NCBI GenBank assembly: GCA_048938855.1
Contig: JBHLLT010000001.1
Location: 64,001 to 128,000, forward strand
Length of the DNA: 64,000 bases
Reading direction: 5' to 3'
Origin: Promethearchaeota archaeon
GTDB taxonomy: Archaea; Asgardarchaeota; Lokiarchaeia; Sigyniarchaeales; SOKP01
A program made the translations under genes and the position numbers. Each line of letters begins with the position of its first letter. The first letter of the stretch is position 1. Under the pieces are notes generated by a model. It had not been told where the DNA came from. It ran no database searches and saw only the letters and a list, made by a program, of their open reading frames with translations. This document shows, piece by piece, positions 41,509-51,000 of this stretch.

Positions 41509-41931
41509 TTAATAAAATTCCGTATCTATCATTGTGGTAGAAACTACAAGTTCTTGCGCAGCTCTAGTAGCTCTTAGAACTTTAGCCATGTCGCCTTTAA
41601 GTTTAAATTTACCAGCAAGTAACCCACGAATTGGATCTAATTCTTTTTTTAAGACTTGTACCCAAGCATCATAAGGACCTGAATAAATGTATTCTGTATC
41701 AACTTCCTCACCTTTTTCTAGTACTCTAGCTCCTGTACATTCTCCATGGTAAAGTCCAACAAACATCCTAATTTCATGGTCTAAATTTCCGGAAGGTTCT
41801 ACAATAAAAAGAAAATCACCTTCCCATCCATCAGGGGGAAAACCCTCTGGCCCAGCGGCATCCTTATAATTAGGATTGTCATTAATTGCTTTTTGATATG
41901 CTTCAGCCCATTCTGGGCTCCCAAATTTCAT
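41509..41931 (-). CDS. SCP2 sterol/lipid carrier domain protein
   Basis: FGSPEW, YDAWVQVLKKELDPIRGLLAGKFKLKGD. The ATG of MKFGS follows a GGAGTG SD. Confidence 0.85.
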   Translation of the reverse strand: MKFGSPEWAEAYQKAINDNPNYKDAAGPEGFPPDGWEGDFLFIVEPSGNLDHEIRMFVGLYHGECTGARVLEKGEEVDTEYIYSGPYDAWVQVLKKELDPIRGLLAGKFKLKGDMAKVLRATRAAQELVVSTTMIDTEFY

Positions 41932-42051
41932 TTTTATCACTCCATACCTATTATATTTTTTGGTTTTTATTTGTATATTTTATTTAATTCAATTTTCAAT
42001 AAATATTTCATTTTTATTTTAAAACAAAAAGTTATGTATATTTTTTAATTA

Positions 42052-43776
42052 TTATTTAATTTCTCCTCTTTCCCTCATCTTAGAGATTTCTTCATCTCTA
42101 AGTTTTCTCTTAAAAAGTTTCATAACCATTGTTAGGGGTAGATCTTTCCTAAATTCGACATATTTAGGCACTGCATAAGGTTTCACTTTAGGTTTCAAGT
42201 AGTCGATTATATCTTGTTCAGTTACTTTTCCTTCATATTCTTTATTAAGAGCTACAAATGCCTTTACTCTTTCACTACCAGGCCTTTCTGGATCTGGTAC
42301 TCCAATTACCCCTGCAACTTTAACTGCAGGATGCTCATGTAGAATATCATCAATTACTCTAGAATATACCTTATTACCAGATACATTAATCATGTCTTTG
42401 ATACGATCTTCAATGTAGAAATAACCATCTTCATCCATTCTTCCAATATCACCCATCCTGAGCCATCCATCCTCAGTTAAACCTTTTTTTGCTGTGGGCC
42501 AATATCCTTTCATAAGTTGAGGGCCACGGACCCAAATTTCCCCCGATCCACCAAATGGAACCTCTTCTTCCGTTGTTGGATCTACAATTTTTACTTCCGT
42601 ATCAGGTAAAGGTACACCTACCCCAGTTTTCTTCTTTAGCATGATTCCAGTAACTTTAGAAAGAGGTGAAATATTAACCGTTGAGACTGCTGTAGTTTCT
42701 GTAGCACCGTACCCTTCTCCCATTGGAATACCAGTTTTATTCTCAAAATGACCGACAACTTCCTCGGGTATGGGTGCCGCCCCTGATAGATAAAAAATGG
42801 ATGCTTTAGGTATATCCAAATCTAAGAATCTTATGTAATGTGCAGGAACTGCGGTTACCATGAAAGGACGATTTTTTTTTATTGTTTCTACAATTCTAAA
42901 CATATCTCTCGGATCCAGTAAAAAGATTTTTAGTCCCCATGAGATGCTGGCGTGAATAGCGAGATGCCCGTATGCGTGGAAAATAGGAACACAAACTACA
43001 ACAGCAGCTTTTCCAATAATCCCGGGTTTAATTGGATCCATCATCCAATGTATACATTGAATTACATTAGTGGTAATATTATAATGAGTTAACATTGTAC
43101 CTTTTGGAAGGCCTGTTGTACCCCCTGTAAAAGGTAAAAGAGCGAGATCTTCCATTGGATCTATTTCAACCGCTTTTTCAAGAGGCTCATACTTTTCAAG
43201 TAAATCCAAAAATGAAAAATATCCTTCATCGGAGATTTCTTCCATTTCAAGTAATTTATAATCAGGAAATATTCTTGTTGGAGTATAAATAATAGTGTTT
43301 ATTTCAACTTCATCTTTTACTTCATTAATACGTTCAAGACGTCTATAAGAGCAAACTACAGTTTTACCTCCACATTCTTTTATCTCATGGATTAAATCAC
43401 CCGTTTTATGTAAAATACTTAATGGAACATGCACAGCTCCAATTTTAAGCGCAGCGTAATCTACAAAAATAAATTCAGGGCAGGAAGGTAGAACAGAAAC
43501 CACTTTATCTCCTTTTTTTAAGCCTAGATCTAAAAAAGCATTTGCTAGCTTATCAACTTTTAATTTCAATTCCTTATATGTAATTTCTTCATCAAGATAG
43601 ACACAAGCTATATTATCAGGATATTTATTTGCACTATCTTCAAGAAATTGATATATATTGATTTTAGGATATGGCTCCATTGAATGTTTTAGCTTAAAAG
43701 GTCCCACAAAATATGATTTTAACCAAGGTTTATCTGCATAAGAATACTTTTTTTCTTCACCCATTATTCTCACCAT
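42052..43776 (-). CDS. fadD: Long-chain fatty acid-CoA ligase
   Basis: FTGGTTGLPKG, EGYGATE, GEIWVRGPQLMKGYW, GDIG, RIKDMI. Confidence 0.92.
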   Translation of the reverse strand: MVRIMGEEKKYSYADKPWLKSYFVGPFKLKHSMEPYPKINIYQFLEDSANKYPDNIACVYLDEEITYKELKLKVDKLANAFLDLGLKKGDKVVSVLPSCPEFIFVDYAALKIGAVHVPLSILHKTGDLIHEIKECGGKTVVCSYRRLERINEVKDEVEINTIIYTPTRIFPDYKLLEMEEISDEGYFSFLDLLEKYEPLEKAVEIDPMEDLALLPFTGGTTGLPKGTMLTHYNITTNVIQCIHWMMDPIKPGIIGKAAVVVCVPIFHAYGHLAIHASISWGLKIFLLDPRDMFRIVETIKKNRPFMVTAVPAHYIRFLDLDIPKASIFYLSGAAPIPEEVVGHFENKTGIPMGEGYGATETTAVSTVNISPLSKVTGIMLKKKTGVGVPLPDTEVKIVDPTTEEEVPFGGSGEIWVRGPQLMKGYWPTAKKGLTEDGWLRMGDIGRMDEDGYFYIEDRIKDMINVSGNKVYSRVIDDILHEHPAVKVAGVIGVPDPERPGSERVKAFVALNKEYEGKVTEQDIIDYLKPKVKPYAVPKYVEFRKDLPLTMVMKLFKRKLRDEEISKMRERGEIK

Positions 43777-43798
43777 AAAAAAAATAAATCGAGAAAAA

Positions 43799-45676
43799 TT
43801 AAAAAATTAAATCAATAGTCCAATCTAATCCAAGCTCTTTAAGTTTCTCCTTAGTTGGAATACCATTTTTATCCCAACCACGAAATTCATAATAACTATC
43901 TAGAAGGGGCGCTAGATTAACTGTTTGTCCTTTCCCGGGTCCTTCGGGGAGAGGTTCCTCTAATAAACGAGCAGGAAGTGTATCATCTTTCCTATCTAAT
44001 CCTTCTCTTACATTATAGACCCTAGCAAGATTAAAAAGTCTTTCACCAGTTTTTCGAAAATCTGATGCTGTAAATGAATATCCTAATAATTTAGATATTA
44101 AAGCTGCCCAATCATCAGCACTTAGAACAATACCCATAAATTTACAACCCCCAATTGCATCAAATACGCTAAACCCATCTTCTAATTCCTTTAGAATAAA
44201 TGTTTTTTCTGGGATTTCTTGAAGTGGATCACCTACATCAGCATCATCAATCAACATAAAAGGCATCGATAAAAATGCAGGGCCTTCAATCCAAGCAGTA
44301 ATATGATCACCTCCTCGATTTGCTGTAGCATATGCTAATCCCGTGATTTTAGCGGCTCTACTATCATATGCGGGAAGTTCTAACCCTTTAACTTGCATAG
44401 CAAATTTAATTGAATCTTTATCTAATTTTTGTGCCATTATTCTTGTTCCCTCTGCTAATAAATCACCAATTCCCTCCCTTTTACTTATTTTTGCTAGGAG
44501 ATCAATCATTACATCAGCATCCCCAAATTTTAATTCAATTCCTCCAGTTTGTTCGTTTGTTAATATTCCTTTCTCATAGCATTCCATTGAAAAACCTATT
44601 ACATTTCCAGCGGATATTGTATCAAGTCCATATTCATTACATAGAAAATGGGCATATGTAATCGCTTCTAAATCATCAATACCGCACATAGTCCCTAGAG
44701 CTCCTATTGACTCGTATTCTGGTCCTTCTCCTTGACTCTTATATTTTCCTTCCTTAATTTCAGCAAGACGCCCACAAGCAATGGGGCAAGCGAAACATGG
44801 TTTTCGATCAGTAAGAATTGTTTCATTGATTGCTGTTCCATTTATTTTTTCCATATTAGGAAAAACACCAGTTTGCCAGTTTCTTGTAGGTAGCCCACCT
44901 TTAATTCCAACTAAATCAACCATAGTAGCTGTTCCATATACCTCAAGAGTCATTTTTAATAGACTTTGATTTACCCAGTCATACCTTTGTTTTGCTTCTT
45001 CTTTGTATTCGTCTGGATTTGCTACTTGAATTTTAGCATTACCTTTAGCAGCAAGAGCTTTAACTCTTTTAGAGCCCATTACAGCTCCCACTCCGCATCT
45101 TCCAGCAGCACGTCCCCAATATGGTTTATCGCAATCATTCATTATTGCGGCATATTTAACAAGATTTTCTCCTGAAATACCAATACATGAGACATTAAAT
45201 TTATCTCCCAGTTCTTCTTTTATGATTTTTGTTGTTTCAGAGGTATTTTTACCCCAAAGATGACTAGCATCCTTCAATTCAGCCTTTCCATCTTCTGTAA
45301 CTAAATAAACAGGCTTTGGAGAAATTCCCTCGAATATAACGCCATCGAAGCCTGATCTTTTTAGGTCACGCCCCCAAAATCCCGCAGAATTTGCTTCTGC
45401 CCAAATACCTGTGAGGGGAGATTTTGTCACTACAGCATATCTTCCTGTACTTGGTGAGGGTGTTCCTGTTAAAGGTCCTGTCATAAAAATTAATTTATTT
45501 TCTGGTCCTAATGGCTCGATTCCTTTTGGTACTTCTTCTAACAAATATTTTGTAGCTAATCCTGCTCCTCCTATGTATAATTTTAAAGTCTCTTCATCTG
45601 GAAATTCTTCGCTAATTTTCCCAGTTGTCAAATCAACCCTTAGAATCTTTCCCATATAACCGTATATCTTTTTCAC
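43799..45676 (-). CDS. aor: Tungsten aldehyde:ferredoxin oxidoreductase (start possibly ATA 45667)
   Basis: GYMGKILRVDL, KSPLTG, AAGRCGVGAVMGSK, CFACPIAC, EYE, GLDTIS. Confidence 0.94.
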   Translation of the reverse strand: MKKIYGYMGKILRVDLTTGKISEEFPDEETLKLYIGGAGLATKYLLEEVPKGIEPLGPENKLIFMTGPLTGTPSPSTGRYAVVTKSPLTGIWAEANSAGFWGRDLKRSGFDGVIFEGISPKPVYLVTEDGKAELKDASHLWGKNTSETTKIIKEELGDKFNVSCIGISGENLVKYAAIMNDCDKPYWGRAAGRCGVGAVMGSKRVKALAAKGNAKIQVANPDEYKEEAKQRYDWVNQSLLKMTLEVYGTATMVDLVGIKGGLPTRNWQTGVFPNMEKINGTAINETILTDRKPCFACPIACGRLAEIKEGKYKSQGEGPEYESIGALGTMCGIDDLEAITYAHFLCNEYGLDTISAGNVIGFSMECYEKGILTNEQTGGIELKFGDADVMIDLLAKISKREGIGDLLAEGTRIMAQKLDKDSIKFAMQVKGLELPAYDSRAAKITGLAYATANRGGDHITAWIEGPAFLSMPFMLIDDADVGDPLQEIPEKTFILKELEDGFSVFDAIGGCKFMGIVLSADDWAALISKLLGYSFTASDFRKTGERLFNLARVYNVREGLDRKDDTLPARLLEEPLPEGPGKGQTVNLAPLLDSYYEFRGWDKNGIPTKEKLKELGLDWTIDLIF

Positions 45677-45871
45677 ACCTCAATACAATTTTTAGTTTAC
45701 TTTTTTTTTATCGAGTAATTAAAAATTTCGATTAATTATTCTTATTTCTTTAATTATAAAATAATTTCTATTTTTCAAACTAACTAATAATAATACTTTA
45801 CTTTCAATGTTAAAAGACGAATTTAAAAGCATTAAAATAAAAAGGTAAGATATTAAAAAAATTAAATAAAT

Positions 45872-47011
45872 TTAGACACCAATTCCAATAGTATTGCCAA
45901 TACCAGCAATAATAATTTTTGAGCCTTTAATTGTCCGTTTTCGAATAGCTATCTTTATTTTTTCAACGAATTTTGGGACAGATTGAGTAATTGGTCGTTT
46001 CATGGTTGTAATAGCATCTTCCAACGATTGTTTACAAATTAGAGCATCAATCGGAATTGATTTACCTGTTGATGATTCTTCAATGTAATGCTTTTCAATA
46101 CCAATTCCTCCAATCGCAGCACCAACTCCAACTGCCATGGAACCCGTTTTATCTCCTGTAAGTTTTAAACCAGCATCAATCATAATTATTCTTGATATCG
46201 AATCACCGTGTTGATCGATTAATTCCTTGATGGCTTTGCCTGGTTTTCCAACGGTACCACCTGGACCTTTAGCTCGAACGATATATATTGTTCTTTCTTC
46301 AAATTCTAATTCTTGTACGATTGTATCTCTTTCAACTTCATTAGCAACAATATCATTATTTACAACTGACCTTACAAAACTTGCAGCAACTAGCGGTCCA
46401 AGTCCATCTCCTATAGGACTTCCTTCTGAGAAAGCCTTAGCTGCATGATAATAGGCTTTAGCCATGGTCATAATTAATCCTAACTGGTATGAAATTTGAA
46501 GTAGCAGTATCATTGATTTAGATTTCTTTCCTAAAATTAGGTAGTGTCGGATTAATCTATAAATAAAGTCAATTGCCATTGTTGCCTCCAATAAATTCTC
46601 TAAATTAGCTCTTTGTACAATATCAGCATTTGGGGCTAAAAATTCAACTTCTTCCTTGAACCTATTGTCTCTTACATCAACAATATGATCAAATTTGGGA
46701 ACAATTCCATATGGATCGAGAGATACAGGGGAAATGGTTACGAAAGTAAGAAAATCTTCAAGCTGAAGCATTAAATCCTTTTGAGTCTTTTTTTTATTTG
46801 CGAATTCTTTAAAGTTTGTAATTAATATTTCTTTACATTCATCATTCCATTTTTTTAATTTCTCTAGGGCAGCTTGGATTTGTCTAGATGCTATCCATGC
46901 CTGTAGTTTTTGCCCATAAAACATAGAAATAAAAATAAGCAAAAACCATAATAAAGATATTATGAGAGAAATCGGATCTGTGCCTGTGGTTCCTTGATAA
47001 ATATTATTCAT
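45872..47011 (-). CDS. DUF1512-family archaeal membrane-anchored protein
   Basis: N-terminal TM; PIGDGLGPLVA, KGPGGTVG, MIDAGLKL, GIGNTIGIG. Confidence 0.75.
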   Translation of the reverse strand: MNNIYQGTTGTDPISLIISLLWFLLIFISMFYGQKLQAWIASRQIQAALEKLKKWNDECKEILITNFKEFANKKKTQKDLMLQLEDFLTFVTISPVSLDPYGIVPKFDHIVDVRDNRFKEEVEFLAPNADIVQRANLENLLEATMAIDFIYRLIRHYLILGKKSKSMILLLQISYQLGLIMTMAKAYYHAAKAFSEGSPIGDGLGPLVAASFVRSVVNNDIVANEVERDTIVQELEFEERTIYIVRAKGPGGTVGKPGKAIKELIDQHGDSISRIIMIDAGLKLTGDKTGSMAVGVGAAIGGIGIEKHYIEESSTGKSIPIDALICKQSLEDAITTMKRPITQSVPKFVEKIKIAIRKRTIKGSKIIIAGIGNTIGIGV

Positions 47012-47131
47012 CTCTTTGTTAAAATTAAAGATTGATCTAAAATATCAACCTTCTAAATTTTTATAATAAAAAAATTTATTTATTCTTTTCGATTATAAAG
47101 CATTAGAAAACAAGATAATTCGGCATGTTAT

Positions 47132-47572
47132 ATGATTGAAGACGAAGATGATGAGGATGTTTTAAAAAAAGGTATAACACTTAAAAGCATTTTAAAAAAC
47201 CTTGCGTTTATTTTACTTATTGTAGTTGGTATCTTATTAATATATGTAGATTTTGGATTTGACCAATTAACAAGATGGTCAATTGGTTTCATGCTAATTT
47301 GTTTTGGAGCAACATTAATACAATTCCAGAAAAGTCCTGCTGAACCTGTTAGACAGACTTTAACAATTTTAATCTGTAAATTATGTGGACTTACTAAAGT
47401 CAGAAATTATCAAAAAGGAGACTTTGTCTTTAAAAAATTGGATAGATGTGATAAATGTAATAACTCAATGGAAATAAAACAAATATATTCCGTGAGATTA
47501 AAAAGTCACACTGAGAAATCTAAAACACAAGAAGATAAGAAAGAAGATTTAAAAGTTAAAAAAGAAAATTAA
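47132..47572 (+). CDS. 2-TM membrane protein with zinc ribbon
   Basis: Two TM helices; CKLC...GDFVFK...CDKC. Confidence 0.7.
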   Translation: MIEDEDDEDVLKKGITLKSILKNLAFILLIVVGILLIYVDFGFDQLTRWSIGFMLICFGATLIQFQKSPAEPVRQTLTILICKLCGLTKVRNYQKGDFVFKKLDRCDKCNNSMEIKQIYSVRLKSHTEKSKTQEDKKEDLKVKKEN

Positions 47573-47607
47573 TACTATCATCTTCTAATTTGTGTGGTGT
47601 TTTTTAG

Positions 47608-48054
47608 ATTCTAAAGAAAGTTGGGTTAGGTGGAACTTTCGATCATCTACATGAAGGTCATAAATTCCTTTTAAGAACTGCCTTATCTGTAGCCGAATTT
47701 GTAGAAATCGGATTAACCTCCCAAGATTTACTGAAAAATAAACAATTTACATCAAAATTAGAAGATTATAAAACAAGAAAAGAAAATTTGTTAATGTATA
47801 TTGAATCTATTGCTGATTTAAAACGTATAAAAATAGTTGAAATACGAAACTGGACAGATATGGATAAATATGCTCAAGATCCTGAATATGAAGGACTAGT
47901 TGTCAGTTTTGAAACATATGAAAATGCCCAAAAATTAAATGAAAATAGGGAAAAAGAAGGATTAAATCCTCTCGTTTTAATTGTTATTCCACTTCTCAAA
48001 GATAAAGATAATATAAAAATCAGTTCTACTTCAATAAGAGAAAAATTAATATAA
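47608..48054 (+). CDS. coaD: Archaeal/eukaryotic-type phosphopantetheine adenylyltransferase (148 aa from ATT; the track shows only the last 88 aa)
   Basis: The in-frame 5' extension reads ILKKVGLGGTFDHLHEGH (HxGH); VVSFET and KISSTSIR follow. A TAG lies immediately before ATT 47608. Confidence 0.9.
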   Translation: MLKKVGLGGTFDHLHEGHKFLLRTALSVAEFVEIGLTSQDLLKNKQFTSKLEDYKTRKENLLMYIESIADLKRIKIVEIRNWTDMDKYAQDPEYEGLVVSFETYENAQKLNENREKEGLNPLVLIVIPLLKDKDNIKISSTSIREKLI

Positions 48055-48076
48055 TAAAAAAGAATATTTTGAAGAT

Positions 48077-51000
48077 CTAGAAGTCTTTAGTAATTTTATC
48101 AATTCTTTTTTTTTTTTCATCTATAAAGATTCTTGATTTGTTTCTGTCGTGGAGAATTGAAGCAGCAAAAATAGATATCGCAATTCCGATTGAAGCTACC
48201 AGGATTATTGAGAGGGTTAATGGTACTGAAATTTCAGAAATTCGGTCAGGGGTGTTATATAAATTTACTACATTGGTCTGTTCTGATTCAATATTGCCTA
48301 CTAAATCAAATGCTTGATATGTGATAAGATAATCTCCCGGTGAAAACCCCGATAATCTGAAAGCTCCTGAATAAATTATCCAACTAGAGCTATTAATCCT
48401 GTATCTTATTATAGATACGCCAGATTCAAAATGATCGTCTGCTATAAGGTAAAAAACTGTTAAGTCAGTCACTACATTTAAACCAGAATAGGGCGTAAAT
48501 AAGAGAGTAGTGTTAGGAGGACTAAGATCTTTATTTATTGTTATTTTAGCATAACTTTCTTGACCAAATGTATCATTAGCATAAAATTTTATTGTAACGG
48601 GTCCATGTCCGTAATTTTCCCACTCCAATTGATTAATAGTTCCCGATAAACCTTCAAAAGTGATTTTAGTCATTCCATTATCTAATGTGTACCATTTTGC
48701 ATCTAAATATAAACTTGTGATTGAAACTTCAAAATATGGAGCATTATATCCATAGAAATCCCCAGCTTGAGGAAAATTTATTGAAATTTGAGGAGGAGCT
48801 ATCGGTATGTTTAATGTAAAATATCTTATGTCCGATGAATAGAAATATCCTAAGGAATTATTCCCAAACAATTGAATTGAATGAAGTCCATTATCTAACA
48901 TGGGTAATGTGATATTTCCAATAATAGTGATATTATTATTACCATCTAAAGAATATCCTATCCATTTAAAATTAGGTGTTTTTTCAAAACTTAGTAATAA
49001 ACCTTCATTAAAATTATCTCCAATGGCATAATATGGGTCCCATGAAAAGCCAATAGCATCTATATAAAAATTGTAATCGACTCCTCCTGCCCCACCCGAA
49101 TAAAATTCAATACCACCAATGTTGTTGACTGGATTCCAAAAATTACCATTTGTAATTTTTTGTACACCATTAACTGAAACATTTATTTTATCAGTATCAC
49201 AATTAAATTCTAACTTAATATGATACCAGGTATTAGGGGTATAGTCTTGAATATTTTGACTCGCACCATCACAATATTGTAGCCATCCATTATAATTAAA
49301 AGCAATATAGGTAGCATACGCACCAGAAACATCATTTTCTCGAAAAGCAACATAACTCTGCCTTAAAGCAGATATTCTCATCCACCATTCAACTTCTCCA
49401 TGAATTTGTGTTGAACAAAGATCTCTTCTCATATAAGCTATATTGGTATTATCATTATCATAGAATTCAGCCACTTTATGATGCCCATCTAAACCAGAGA
49501 TAATTTGAAATGTGGTTCCAGACTCTTCTTCAATCTTCCATCCATTTGGATAAGAACCATCTCTAGTATCTTCAAATCCATATGTAGCTGGATAATATCC
49601 ACTCATTGGTTCTGTATAGGTAATATTTTCAGGAGTAATTATATTGAGATAATAGGAAGTATTAATTGTAAAATATCTAATGTCAGACTCGTAAAAAGTT
49701 CCTATAGAATTATTGCTAAAAACTTGGATGGTGTGTATTCCATCTAAACTAGGATATGGAAATGTAGTATTTCCTAGAATCGTTTTATTGGTTTGTCCAT
49801 CTAAAGAATATCCTATCCATTCTGGAGTAAAGTTAGTTTCAAGACTAAGTAATAAACCTTCATTCTCATTATCTCCAATCTCATAATTTGGATCCCATGA
49901 GTATCCAACAGCATCTACATAATGATGATATCCTGAGACAAAATTGCCACTATTAAAATCGATTCTATTGAAATTATCCCCTGTAACAACTGCTTCAAAA
50001 GTAAAGTCAGTCCCACTCTGTTTTAAATTACCCTGATCATCAAAAATAGAAAAACTATAGGTATCTGTACTCATATTGATGTCTACTGAAACCAAATACC
50101 ATGTATCTGCTGAATAGGTAAAACCATAATACCAATTACCCTGATCATGATAACGCAACATTGAATTATCATATAATGAAAGGGTTATCAATCTAATAGA
50201 ATTTTCAAATACCATAAAATGAGTTATTTTACTTGTACTTGTAACTCTCCACCAAAATTCAATAGTTCCGCTTGTTTGATTATCAATATCTTGCGAGAAA
50301 CCACAACTTATCCCTGAACCTGCTGAAGTTTTATAAATGTCTACTATTTTATTATGACCTCCTATATTTGCCTCAATGGAGACTTGGCCTCCGATATCAA
50401 CAACTGTCCATCCTTGTGGATTTTCGCCATTACCTGAATCTTCAAACCCATACGTAGCTGGATAATAACCACTCATTGGTTCTGTATAGGTAATATTTTC
50501 AGGAGTAATTATATTGAGATAATAGGAACTATTAATTGTAAAGTATCTAATATCAGATTCATACATAGTTCCAATTGAATCATTACCAAAAACTTGTATG
50601 GTGTGTATCCCATTTAAACTAGGATATGGAAATGTCGTATTTCCTAGAATCGTTTTATTTAATTGGTTATCTAATGAATATCCTATCCATTCTGGAGTAA
50701 AGCTAGTATCAAAACTAAGTAATAAGCCTTCATTCACATTATCTCCAATCTCATAATTTGGATCCCATGAATATCCGATAGCATCAATATACATATTATA
50801 ACTAGTATGAGCTGTAGAAGTACTCATATAGAAATTATCACTATAAAATTCATTACTTTGGAATGGCATCTCAGCTGATTCTACCCCATCTATCCAACAC
50901 TTCCATGTATACTGATCTAGTCCCAAATAATTTCCAGTAGTACATTCAAAAGCAATTCTAATATGGTACCATGTATTATCTAATGGTGCAGGCATGTTAC

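Noticed and set aside
48106-48117. A12 homopolymer as a phase-variation switch
   Set aside because: It lies after the TM anchor, so slippage would alter only the last few residues.
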